A DNA stretch of 64,000 nt from Anthoceros angustus (lineage: Eukaryota; Plantae; Anthocerotophyta). Positions 50,631 to 62,903 of the stretch are shown in pieces. Within the stretch, counting starts at the first letter, position 1. Every line of letters begins with the position of its first letter. The translations under genes and the position numbers were made by a program. The notes under the pieces were generated by a model. It ran no database searches. It was not told where the DNA came from and worked only from the letters and a program-made list of their open reading frames with translations. The stretch covers positions 203,810-267,809 of the forward strand of contig MU008204.1 of assembly GCA_010909165.1 (NCBI GenBank). The letters are read 5' to 3'.

Positions 50631-51786
50631 CAATGTCGGTGGACCTCTCTACTGTACAAAATTTGTGGCTTGGCTTGGCTTGCTTTCAAGGTTGCAGCTG
50701 GCAGCTGGCTTTCCAAGTATCCGGGTGGATAGGCAGTAAAGTTTGGAAGAGTACAGGAGGAGCTGCAGCTCCCTGGCTCAGCAAATTTTTGTCTCGTGTT
50801 GTGGCTGGATGGAGCGTCCCGTAGATCCGCACAGCTCTAGTCACTGGACTTCTCTACTTTCTGGTGAAAACTCTGCCAGCAAAACACGCTGCCAGACTTC
50901 CAGAGTTTTGTCAGCCTACCGCACTGACACTCATAATCTGTAAGATTTGCTTTACTTATTCCACCGTGTCTTTCTGTGAACATATGTACGCTTCAAAGTG
51001 GAGTCTCAGTAGCAGAAGCGGGAGGCGATCGAGGCAGGGAGACGAGCCGGGAGCCGGTCCCGGTCACTCGCGGTCTTTCTTTTCAGCGGGAGCGATGTCA
51101 CGCTCCGGCGCCTTCCTCATCAATGCCGGGCCCCGCGCCTGTACCTCCCGCGGCCGCGGCAAGTGAAATCTGGGGAATTGAGGCACCGTGAATGCGAGGT
51201 AGAGAAAGTAGAGAGACGGGAGAGGGTGGCAGGGTGCCATGGAGCGCGCGCCGGCTCCTTGTTGTAGCCGCGCTGCCTGCCCGCGTCCCTGCCAGAGCAA
51301 ACCGAGCGTCCGGACTCTGTGCTCGCCGCTGCTGTTGCTGCTCTCGCAGGCAGGCTTCAGAGCGGACCGTTTGTTTGTTTGTTTCTGTGTGTGTCTGTGA
51401 CAGTGAGCCTCCCGGTCTCCTCTCCGTCCGGCCGGATTTGCTACTGTTGTATCGAGTGTGCGGATTGTGTACGTGTGCGTGTGAGAAAGAGGTTGAGATC
51501 GGCGTGAGGAAATTTTGCAACTGATTTTGGACAGTTCCAGGGCTGAGGTGAAGGAGCTCGGATTGCATTTGCGGAGGAGTTGATGGAGGCATTCCTGTGG
51601 CTGTTTCTGGAGATTCTTTCTCAGCGGTGAAGGTTGGAGGATTGTGAGACAGTTCTCGGGTCTGTGCGCGGTGGAGGACGGTTATGGATTTCGCTGCTTG
51701 CTGAAATCTGAAGGATTGCGAGCAGGAAGCGGGAGTAGGAGAGGAGTAAATTATTGATATTGTAGTGTGGAGTCCGGAGTCCGGGG

Positions 51787-52620
51787 ATGGGGAACTGTCA
51801 AGCTACCACAGCCGCGGCTGTGGAAGTGGAGCATTCGGACGGCAGGAAGGAGAGGTTTTACTGGCCAGTGTCCGCCAGGCAACTCATGCTGCAGAACCCG
51901 GGGCACTACGTGGCTGTCTTCTCGCAGCAGCTGCCTGGCTGCACGGTTTATGGTAGTCACTCCTACTTGCTTGGCGCCTCCGACGCTGGTAATGGTTCGC
52001 ACGCCGGGTCACGGTCCAAGAGCAGGACGAAGGAGGAGCAAAGCAGGACCAAGCTTAAATTGATGCCTCCTGATGCGGTTTTGCTGGTCGGAAGCTCTTA
52101 TCGGCTCGTCACGTTCGAAGGTGAGCTGTCTCGCTCGTTTCCTCTTGGTGTTGTTCCAATTGCCAGGTCATGGCTGGTGCAACTTTCACCAGGATGCGAG
52201 CTCATGCGTGCGTGGCCGATTCATTTTGCAGAAGCTGTTCAGGTATCGCGGGGAAGCGGAACAGCATCACTCACACAAAGCACAAGGTCCACCCTGATGT
52301 GCCCGTGGCTGAGGAGCCCGCACCGGACAGTCCTCGCGGTCGAGAAGAGGAACTCGTGCAGGAGGTAAAGTTTACCAATCTTTGCGGACGAGACGCTGGC
52401 CATCGCTTTTCTGTCGAATGCTTTTTTTCCGGCCTCGAGGCACTCCCAGACCAACTTTCTTGACCGCTTCCATGCTGAGTCGTTTTTCCCCTTTCCGGTA
52501 CAGGATGACGACGAGGAGGCTCTGATGGCCACCGTGACAATGCAAACCGCGTTCGCTCGATCCATGGGGCGCCAGCAGTGGCGACCTGCGCTGCAGAGCA
52601 TTGCTGAAGTGGGATGGTGA
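51787..52620 (+). CDS. DUF4228/PADRE protein, copy 2 (exon 2 frameshifted as assembled)
   Basis: MGNCQATTAAAVEVEHSDGRKERFYWPVSARQLMLQNPGHYVA...YRLVTFE; N-terminal myristoylation/palmitoylation-type MGNC. Confidence 0.8.
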
Positions 52621-53267
52621 CAATGTCGGTGGACCTCTCTACTGTACAAAATTTGTGGCTTGGCTTGGCTTTCAAGGTTGCAGCTGGCAGCTGGCTTTCC
52701 AAGTATCCGGGTGGATAGGCAGTAAAGTTTGGAAGAGTACAGGAGGAGCTGCAGCTCCCTGGCTCAGCAAATTTTTGTCTCGTGTTGTGGCTGGATGGAG
52801 CGTCCCGTAGATCCGCACAGCTCTAGTCACTGGACTTCTCTACTTTCTGGTGAAAAACTCTGCCAGCAAAACACGCTGCCAGACTTCCAGAGTTTTGTCA
52901 GCCTACCGCACTGACACTCATAATCTGTAAGATTTGCTTTACTTATTCCACCGTGTCTTTCTGTGAACATATGTACGCTTCAAAGTGGAGTCTCCGGTAG
53001 CAGAGCAATCTGTGGCATAATATTGAGAATAAAATGCCATTTTTGACAACCATCATATTCCTAGTGTATTGCAGCCGGTTCCCACTAAGTGGGCGCGCCA
53101 GAGACTCCCACGTGGGAGGTTAACGAGGAAGCCTTTTATTGAATTGAACTACCCTTTTATGAACCACCCGTCTTCCCATTAAATTTGTGCCTTCACGACT
53201 TGTAGCTTCACGTCGTCTTGACACATTATTAGGTGACAAGCTAATCGGCCATATATTGTTATGTGGG

Positions 53268-54668
53268 GAATAGTTTAATGGAAGGGGGTCTGTTTCTCGG
53301 GATATGGGCTCAGTAGCACACAAAGACATGAGAGAACAAGGCAATGGAGGAACTTGGTTTCGTGCAGTTATGGAAGGATTGTGACAGTCCCCAGCCTGGA
53401 CATAGAGCAGTTCTACTTAGTGACATGAGTTCATAGCACAACGTTCTTGGTCAATATCTCAATAAGAGCAAAAATAGCAGTGGGGCAGAGTTAGTCTTTT
53501 CGTATGTAATTAAGGGTCAGCACATGAGATGTAAATGACCAGACTCCGTTGCATGATATAACTAGGAACCAATGCAAAGTGGGCACTCTCAAAAACAGAG
53601 GGAGGGGCAGGCTTCTAAGCCCACCTATTAACTAACCATCATCATTATACGATGCATGAGAAAAGTAGTTAGAGGCAGAAGGGCAAGTGCTCTGTCTTTT
53701 GACAAGGCCTGGGATTACAATTTTCGAACCTAGCTTTATAGTCCCAGCTTGCTCAAACTTCTAGACATAATAAAAGCTACGCGGCTGCACTTCTACCAAG
53801 ACACACACATACACATATTATATTGCCCACTACTCAGCCATGGGCCTAGCTTATATATGTGTGGGGACAGCTTTGAATATGCTTTCTTGGCCTCTCCTCT
53901 AACAGTGGCACTCCTCGAGTGCCACTGGCAGGTCAAATCCTTTGGGATTCGACCTGCCAGATGAAGAGGGGATGAAGATGGGCACAAAGAGCACAATACT
54001 CAATTATTAGAACATCAGGCTTTCACTCCTAGAGCAGGTCCCGCCGGGGATGCCATTCTGTTAAGTGAGGAATAGTTTAATGGAAGGGGTATGGGCTCAG
54101 TAGCACGCAAATGGGGGAACTTGGTTGCATGCAGTTATCAAAGGACTATGATGGTTCATAGTACAACATTCCTGGTCAGTATCTCAGCGAGAGCAGAAAC
54201 AGGAGTCAAGAAGAAGAAGAAGAATTTTATTTTAGAATTAGTCTTTTCATCTATAACAAGGGCCAGCACATGAGATGTAAATAAATGACCAGGCTCTGTT
54301 GCATGATATAACTAGGAACCAATGCAAAGTGGGCACTCTCTAAACTCTACACAACAACCTGGAAACTAGAAGGAGGGGCAGGATTCTAAGCCGACCTGTT
54401 AACTAGTCGTCATCATCACACCATGCATGAGGAAAACAACTATAGGCAGAACGGCAAGTGCTTTGTCTTTGAAAAGGCTTGGGATTACAATTTTCGAACC
54501 TTGCTTTATAGTTCTAGCTTGCTCAAACTTCTAGACATAATAAAAGCTACGTGGCTGCACTTCTAGACACACTCATGCACATATTATATTGCCCACTACT
54601 CAGCCATGGGCCTAGCTTACACATGTGTGGGGACAATTTTGAATATGCTTCTTGGCCTCTGTCTCTAA
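53268..54668. repeat. Older diverged ~600-bp direct duplication (53268-53900 and 54070-54668)
   Basis: Shared blocks gaatagtttaatggaagggg, gcatgatataactaggaaccaatgcaaagtgggcactctc and gcttgctcaaacttctagacataataaaagctacg. Confidence 0.9.
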
Positions 54669-54950
54669 CAATATCCAGCTTTGAATTACGCTTCTTGTCC
54701 TCTATCTCTAACAATATCCATCTTTGATATTTTCAAATATACGCAACTTCGCATCTTATGTACATATTATTATATAACAAGTTAAACCAACATGATATAT
54801 TCATCCCGATATTTTGAACCATACTAGGTACCTAACGCAGCCAGTAGTATCCTTAACAGTTTCGGATAATGTGTACAGAAACGCGACAACTATAAATTTA
54901 CTTCTAATTACTCGTCCTCTGTTCTTCCGCAATGCTGACGAGATGGAACA

Positions 54951-57900
54951 TCACACAAAGTACTGTAATATTTGCTCCGCCAGTTCCTGCAGATGATCAA
55001 AGCCACCATGGGCCAAGAAACAATAAGATTACTAAACAAGCATGGAATATGCCGAAGACGAAATGAAGTGTAGGGTGGGGTCCAAAAAGGGAAACTTTTA
55101 AGTGCGGACACAAACCTGCTTTCCAGAAGACAGAGAAGGCTCTCCCGATTGCAACGCTACCTTTTCGAGCTCTTCGAATGTGGCCGTGCCAGCCTGCAGC
55201 CGTGCACCCTTTTTTGCTCTTAACGGTGTCATGTCGAAATCAAACGCGCTCTAGCAACTGAGATAAGGGTATGCTGACCTCAATGGACTTTCCAAGCTCT
55301 GTATTGAAGCTCGCATACCTCGTCTCCACAAGATTGGTTAATGATCCGTCCTGACATCAGATAATGCATTCACAGACGTCGTTCATGCCAGGAGGTATAA
55401 GCAACCTAAAAAATTACCGTTCCACAGAATAGAAGAGGAAGAGAAATTCAGAGCACCAACCTCTAGAAGTTTAGCGGCATTTCTTAAACCTCGTGCAAGA
55501 CTATCCATACCGACAATGTGTGCAATGAACAAGTCCTCCACATCGACGCTCTCCCTCCTCCTGCACAGTCATTGAGTGAAGCTGCCGTAGCCATCCGGGC
55601 GAGACGAGCTTACCACAGAATCAGGGGATGCTTGGCACTTACAACTTAGCGTCGAAGTTGAAACCACCGGGAGCAAGGCCTCCCTGCGGAGATGTAAACA
55701 GCCACCGATACCGTGAGAAAATATAAGATAGACACACTGCCCACTTCTGCAGAAATAGTCTCGTTGGAATAGGGGAGCGAAGCTTGGGATACATACGTTT
55801 TTCAAGACAGTAAGCATGATCAAAGTTGCTTCCTCAGCGTTTGTGAGGAACTGGTCAGTATCCCAGCCTGCAGAAGCATGACCCATCAGTTTGTTACAGC
55901 AGCCAGGAAGACGATTTTGGTTTGATCTAGTAAACCGTTACCTGTCTGAGCATCTCCGGTATTGGCATCAATGTTACCCAGCATCCCATAGATACGGGAT
56001 AGCTCCAATTCATGGTGGCAACTGCAATAGAACAGTTGATCTCATCAGGGACATACAAGAGTTCGGTCTAAACCCTGTTTTCCTTCTTGCAGGAGACACT
56101 ACCTGTGGCCGGAAAGAGTGGCGTGATTGCATTCGATGTTGAGCTTGAACTCATCTGCATACACGAGGATTTATCTTGAATGCAATAACTATTCCAGTTC
56201 AAGCTCCCAAGGTGTTTACGCAAAACCTTGCCGAGAATCAGGAATATCATACCTGTAAGCCCATATGTCCGGAGAAATCCCATGGTATTTGCAGCATCCC
56301 AATCATACCTGTTGCACAAGATGACAAGCATGAACTGTGTCAGACACGTTGACTAGTAAAAAGTTGCTACATATGTGCGCTGGTGTTTGGAGTGCTGTGC
56401 GTCCATACTGATGCTTGGTCGGCTCCTGCGGCTTAGGCTCAATCAACAAAGTTCCTGTACAACAAGCCAGAACCAGATGTTACCCAACAATCACATGGTT
56501 CTGAAAATCGAAAATGCGCATCAGCAATTGGACACACCTTTGAAGCCAATCTTCTTCTTCCAGTCAACAGCCGCACTCAAGAAACGAGCCTACAGACATT
56601 GCATATTTGTCAAAGATAGCACAAGAGGGATTCTACATTGAACACTGTAATGCATCAGGATAGACAAAACATCAAGAACTGCTTGGAGACGGTGGTAACC
56701 AGGTGATCAAGCTCCTTCTTCAAGTCTGTGTTAAGCAAGGTTTGATACCCTTCTCGCCCGCCCCAGAAGACGTAGTTCTCCCCTCCAAGTTCCTTCGTCA
56801 CCTGCCTCCGGTCAAAAGGCTCCCCCCCTCCATCAGATGAAGTCACGACACAGACTTACCACCATGACTAAATATCCAGCTGTTCCCCTGTTACCTCTAT
56901 AGCCTTCTTCACTTGTGCAGCTCCATAAGCAAAGACTCGAGCATCTGGACTGCAAGGGGAAACAATAACGGGTCAAACCCAGTCAAAGTACTTCCCTATG
57001 CAACTTCAGGGCTCATAGGGGATGCTGGCACCTAGTGGCAGCGCCATGCATGTATCGAGGATGTTTGAAGAGCTGTGCTGTGCCCCACAACGGGTGTATG
57101 TTCGTCTCTTTCTGCATCCAGCAACTATCACGGTAAAAAGTGCGTCCTGGATACAACAATTCTTCCCCAAGGTTAGGTGATTCTCTAGTACCTGGAGTTC
57201 TTTAGCAAGGGCAACGACCTTATCAAGGTTCGAGTTGGATTCCTGGAAATACAAGCTGTGAGGCTCAACAGTAAAAGGCATGTGGAGGTGAAGGAGAATG
57301 CATAGTTATCAGGCTTTGTCGGACCTCCAGGGTGGCTCCTTCAGGTGCTATGTCCCGATCGTGAAAGCACCACAATTCCACTCCCAGCTTTTGCAGGAAC
57401 TCGAAGTTCGCTCTCACTGAAAAAACATCCTCCTCCAATTAAAATCCACTGAAAAAGTTTCCTTCCCAGACTAAGCCAGTCTCAGTGTGGCGAAAAGTCT
57501 CAAACTCACTTCTTGTCAGAGCGTTGGAAACAGAGTCTGTGCCATCATCCCATGGCCACCTCTTGGTAGGCGAACCAAAAGGATCGCCTCCATCGCCTCG
57601 GAAAGTGTGCCAAAAGGCAACACTGAACCTCAGCCAGTCCTGCAACATGACAATTTGTGCCACTACCTGAGAGCAAGCCCAAGGCCCGGAACTCAAGTCT
57701 CAGCATTCACGGCATGAACCCACCTTCATCTTTTTCCCAGCAATTTCTTCTTCAGCATTGTACCACTTGAACGCCAGAGGATTTCTGCTGGATGGTCCCT
57801 AAGGAGGCACACGCCACCGAAAACAGAATTAGTGCACACAGCCCACACAGTGACTGCATGTTTGCATCTCCAAATGCTGACCCACTAGTACCTCATAATT

Positions 57901-58149
57901 TATGCGACTGATGTTCGGGAAGAATTCTTCAGTGACACCTCCGGCAAAGGCCGAATTGTCACGGCAGGTCACGTCGGCTATAAGTTGGTCCTGTTTCATG
58001 GGGAAAGAGACACACACATGCTTACACTGGCAATCTCACGCAACAAGAGCAGAGCAGAAAACCATCAATCCCAGACCAATTGAGCCCACCTCCTCCCCTG
58101 CAGCCATCCAGGCGCAGGTGAGCAGTAGAAGGACCCAAATTCCTGCCAT
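54951..58149 (-). CDS. XYLA: Xylose isomerase (class II) with signal peptide, many short exons
   Basis: [14 protein letters not shown]...; [25 protein letters not shown]; [12 protein letters not shown]; [20 protein letters not shown]; [16 protein letters not shown]; GWDTDQF. Confidence 0.96.
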
Positions 58150-59090
58150 TGCTCCTCAAATCGTCCAACCGAGCTTCCACGGAGCTAGTGCGACTTGCAA
58201 GCGGTCTCAAATGAGAGAAACCACCAGGTTGTTATCTAAGCATTCTCCTTGGTCTGTTGCCAACTCGCAGGTTGTCAGCAGCGCAGTCTCGTGTTCAGTG
58301 CCAGCTTACGTTTATAAACCCATGAAACGTTACCCAATACGGCGGGAATCCCGGGGTCTGAAGCAGAAGTGGCGTCCAGAAGCGGAACCACAATCCAGAA
58401 TTTTGGCAGAACTGGAAATAAATCTGAACGCGCTGTTGCCATTGGCTGAAAAATCACCGTATCATGCATGCGAGGGGTATGTGTCCAGCACGACAAATGG
58501 GCATATCCTTATGCGAAAGAGAAATCTACCATGCAGGATGTGCCTTATCTCGCCCTTTCTACCTACCCGTATGTGACTAGCTCAAATTGGATGTTCATAA
58601 AAATCATTTAGCGAAAGAACTGAAAGGAAACCACGATGAACTGTCACAGATGTATCAGGTCTGTTGATGGTACAACGCACCTTCCCTGTCAGATCAGATA
58701 AAGATCTGTAATGTGTATAGGCAAGGAGCTATGTACATTCAAGGCGAGTAAACTGCTAAGCTGCGTAGCATACTTCCTGAAGTTTAGAAAAGACAAGTTC
58801 AGATTGATCACAACCGACTCCGCAAGTCCATTTCAACTTGTAGTGATACATCGAGTCAAAACATCTGCTTCCAAATTCCATTTGTTCCAAACACGATATT
58901 TCCGAAAAACGATTTTTTAGGTTCAAGGGTCGGAGGAGAGTCCTTGACAAAAGATCCTGCGGTTGATGTGGAGGCTACATGCGACTGACTTCCAAGAGAA
59001 CCTTGAAATTGTCCACCGGCAAGTCCATGGCTTGGTTACCACACATCACTCGAGAGAGACCTAGGAACGCGTCCAGTTCGTGTAGTTCTT

Positions 59091-60436
59091 TCATGCCCAG
59101 ATTGCAAGCAGAGACATAGCAGATACTCCAAAAAGTAATGAAACATACGACCAGATTTGCAGTTGACGATTACACCGCATTCTCTTGCTTAAGAAGTCTG
59201 CTGCTATGAGATCTACCAAAGCCATATAGATTAATATTCCTGCAGATATGCTGTCAAATACTCCTTCCACAATCAGTGAAGTTGGACTATTTGCAACGTA
59301 GCTTGAAGATATCAGGAATCCAATGCCCACTCCTATGGGTGTGGTGACCGTAAAAAAGAATGCCATACAAGCGGCAGAAAAGTTCCTGAACTCGGCCTGC
59401 ATACAACACACCCAATTTCAGTAACTAACATGGTCGGGAGGCAGAAAGCTTGTCAGACATCCTAGCCATGAACAGAAGCCCACCTGAGAAATACAACCAC
59501 CAAGAGCAAAACCCTCAAAAAACTGATGGAAAGTGAGCGCAGCGATGAGTGGGCGAATTGTACATGGACTTCGGGATACTCCCAAGGAAACCCCAATAAT
59601 TACCGAATGGGCCAGAATTCCTACCTCCAGCACCTGGAACGAACATGAACATCTCCAGAGTTAGACATGATCAAGGTGAAACCCCCCATAAGTTACCCGG
59701 CCAAGGAACACATTCCCACCTGAGAAATTACAACATGTCGAATGTGCTGCAACCCTTCTTCTGGAGGCTCTGTATCATGGGAGTGGCCAAGATGGCCATG
59801 CACATGCTCATGAGTAATGTCTATGCATTCATGGTGTCCTTCAGGATGGCTATGGCTGTGCGAAGCTGCATGAGCACGCATCCCCACGATGTGTATCTGA
59901 GAGCCTCCATCATGTCCACCAGTTTCTTGAGTCTTGATACTCTTGGAGGACACATCTGAAACAGCAACTCCTTCGAAAGGTACATATCCTTCCATCTCTG
60001 GCGCCACATCTTTATGATCGTGCTCTCCATGAGAGTGCTTCTTCTCATAAAACTGGGTGGCCAGAAAGTCCACTATCAACGTCAAGAGAGCAGCAAGCAT
60101 GGCAATAAACCCTGCAAAAGGGAACTTGCTCCAAGGATAACTCGGCAAGCAATCGCTGGTCAAAGCCTCGGTAGCATCTGGCATCATGTGCACAAAGCCC
60201 GTGGCCAATATAACCCCGGCAGCAAATGCCTTGGCAATGAAGAAGAAGTTGCCATCAGTCTTGAGGTGCTTCACACTCTTTCCGAGCAGCGGTATCGCTA
60301 CTCCCAGGGCCCCCAAAGCGAAGATTGAAACGATGGCAGCAACTTTTAAAGTCTTAGCCCCTTCAGTGTCTCTGCACGTCGAATCTTGCGCAGAAGCGCA
60401 AGTCATGACCAGGCTCTGTACCTCGAGAATGTTCAT
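59091..60436 (-). CDS. ZIP family Zn/Fe transporter (ZIP4/IRT3-like), 3 exons
   Basis: [16 protein letters not shown]; His-rich loop; HSVIIG; FHQFFEG; [10 protein letters not shown]; C-terminal AIWA. Confidence 0.95.
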
Positions 60437-60994
60437 CCAGGCAGGTCCAATTCCTTAAAATCAACGGTGGACTAGGCGGTGGACTAGATTGTCTGTCCCA
60501 CCGTGCCTACTCAACCAATGTTGCAATTTTGCAAATTAACGCAGCCCCCCAGCTTGAAGAAACCCTGATAAACATCCACCGCAACGCCCAACACCGAAAT
60601 TTCACTGCCGCACTTGTATGCCTCTGCTTCACGGCATCTGCTGCACACCCGAATTCGTCAACATACTACGGTGCTGCCCTCGGTTCTCAAAGTTATAGGG
60701 CTCCTTCTTTCGAGCGGTCTTTGGCACCTTCAGTGTTAGAAGCTAAGCCCTCCTACAACCTTTAAGGCACTTGAGTTTTCCAAGGGAAACGATTGTAAAA
60801 GCCGCATGCTAGGACTGTCTATGCTCCCGAATCCTCGCAGTGCTTGCTGCAACCCGAAACACGATCCCACAGAAAATCGCAAGTTCGATGCGCCACTCAC
60901 AAGTTCTCCGTGAGCTACGCTTGCTGTATGTCTCATTTAATGCTTTTTTATTAAAATCTCTTTGATAGGGAAACATCTTTTTTCAAGCCAATGG

Positions 60995-62560
60995 AAACTT
61001 TATTAAAATGAAAATCCATCTACCCCAAACAAAGGGGGACAACCTATGAAAGGGCAAGAGCCGGGGGGGGGGCTAGCCCCACGAATGCCAACCCCGAAGC
61101 TACCTACCACCCCCGATTATGTCGTGGTCTGAGATGAGGAAAGGCCCCTAGCCGGGGGGCTAGCCCCACGAATGCCAACCCCGAAGCTACCTACCACCCC
61201 CGATTATGTCGTGGTCTCAGATGAGGAAAGGCCCCTAGCCGGGTGGCTAGCCCCACGAATGCCAACCCCGAAGCTACCTACCACCCCCGATTATGTCGTG
61301 GTCTCAGATGAGGAAAGGCCCCTAGCCGGGGGGCTAGCCCCACGAATGCCAACCCCGAAGCTACCTACCACCCCCGATTATGTCGTGGTCTGAGATGAGG
61401 AAAGGCCCCTATTATGTCATGGTCTGAGATGAGGAAAGGCCCCGATTATGTCGTGGTCTGAGATGAGGAAAGGCCTACCTATAAGGTGCCAATGACGCCA
61501 CATCTCCTACGCTCGTTGCCATCCTATAAATAGCATTCGCCAGTGTGCTCTGCAAGGCAATGGATACCCACTGTCGAAAGAAAGCCACCACCGGAGAAAG
61601 AAGGAGACCCATCTTGTTCCGACGGCTGTAGAAGGCTTTTGCACAATCCTTAATGAACTGGGAAAAATCCTTGCCCATAGTCCCGTGAGTCTCAATGGCG
61701 TGGTGGATGAAGGCATCGTCGTCATGCAAAGGTGTGTAATTGTGTACCTTGGCAGTCGCGCATGCCTCCGCCGCCCAGCTCGGAGGGTTGATGATGACAT
61801 GCTCACAAACGGAGTTCCGAGTAGGGTCCGTTACGACATCCGCAATAGAGATTTGGTCCCCCCCGGATCAGAAATAGATCCGCCTTGACCAACACCCCAT
61901 TGCGCGGGGTATATGAACGCTCCCCGTATAAAAAATAACCGCTCTCCTTGGCCATCGAGAACATGACGTCGCGAACGGCGTCATGCATAGCGATATGTTG
62001 CCCTCCAATTGGACAGCGAGCCAGATGGGACCCTCAGTCATCGAGGGGGGCCGCACAGCTGCAAGCTGAGAGAGAACAGGCCAGAGGCTGGACCAAACCT
62101 AGGTGGAACCTCATCATAGTTGAAAAAGAAGCTGGTGCGATTAGGAACGCCTAGATGCAAGGCCGTTCTACAAGCCAGGAGCGTGCTCCTTTCCCCGAGC
62201 AAGAGTGGATGCGGGCAAGAGCGGCGAATAGTAGAGTCCAGAAGGATTGTTCGCCGTGCTTGCCCGTCAAGCAAGGCCCCTACAGCATACTCCAAGGTCC
62301 CCGGTTCGATAATGTCTTCAAGTGGCCACATAATCTGTAAATCAAAATTCCATAGGCTTAATAGAAAAGCTAGGAGGGAGCCATCGTCCCTGGTGAGATA
62401 ACCCGACCGACAAGCGAAGCAGGACGAAAGAATGCCAAATGCCACACGATGGTCCCCTTACAAAGATAGGTCACCAACGTGGGCCAAGTCCTCCTTCAAA
62501 GCTCATCCACAAAACCCTGAACAAAGGCCGAAGGTCCTATGAGACCCCCAAGACGCAAAG
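60995..62560 (-). mobile_element. Second decayed CRE-like non-LTR retrotransposon
   Basis: AFGILSSCFACRSGYLTR (homologous to the 4.1-kb element); HDAVRD...KADL; AIETHGTMG...FFRQWVSIALQ..LANAI. Confidence 0.75.
61065..61475. repeat. 87-bp tandem repeat x4 plus two ~33-bp partial units at the 3' end of the retroelement
   Basis: aaggcccct recurs at 61141, 61228, 61315 and 61402. Confidence 0.97.
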
Positions 62561-62708
62561 GAACTATATCCCCAAGAAATTAAAAAATTGATTTTTTTAA
62601 TAAAAAATATCTTTTATCCAATGTCTTTCATTGGTATGTTCCAAAACTACCTAATAGATTTCATGAACTTAGTATTTCATATTGGAATATCCTGAGTATC
62701 TGCTCATG

Positions 62709-62884
62709 CATGCATATGACATTGTGGGTGTAGTAAATGACTTTAGGTAAGGAGCTCAGTTACTCCTCTCCACCTCGACCCCGTCCCCTTTGGTTATCCC
62801 ATCCAGGAGGGACGGGCTTTTCCCATCGTTTTTTTTCACCTCAATAAACCACTTTTCTCATCATTTTTTCACCTCAATAAATAA
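62709..62884 (+). mobile_element. Isolated 3' end of the CRE-like family found at 2.9-4.5 kb
   Basis: gcatatgacattgtg...actttaggtaaggagctcagtt...ccatcgtt...ttcacctcaataaa matches the reverse complement of ~2920-3058; the terminal ttcacctcaataaa is duplicated. Confidence 0.85.
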
Positions 62885-62903
62885 TGTTCCGGATTAGAAT
62901 ATA

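Larger units (their letters stand above)
48997..53003 (+). repeat. Near-identical ~2.0-kb tandem duplication (48997-51006 and 51007-~52994)
   Basis: Both copies begin cagtagcagaagcgggaggcg and end cttcaaagtggagtct; differences are mostly small indels. Confidence 0.97.

Noticed and set aside
60440-60990. Zinc-deficiency response element (RTGTCGACAY) upstream of the ZIP gene
   Set aside because: No convincing match seen.
61120-61475. Hammerhead ribozyme in the 87-bp repeat (ctgagatgaggaaa)
   Set aside because: Does not match the CUGANGA core with a stem II before GAAA, and lies antisense to the element.
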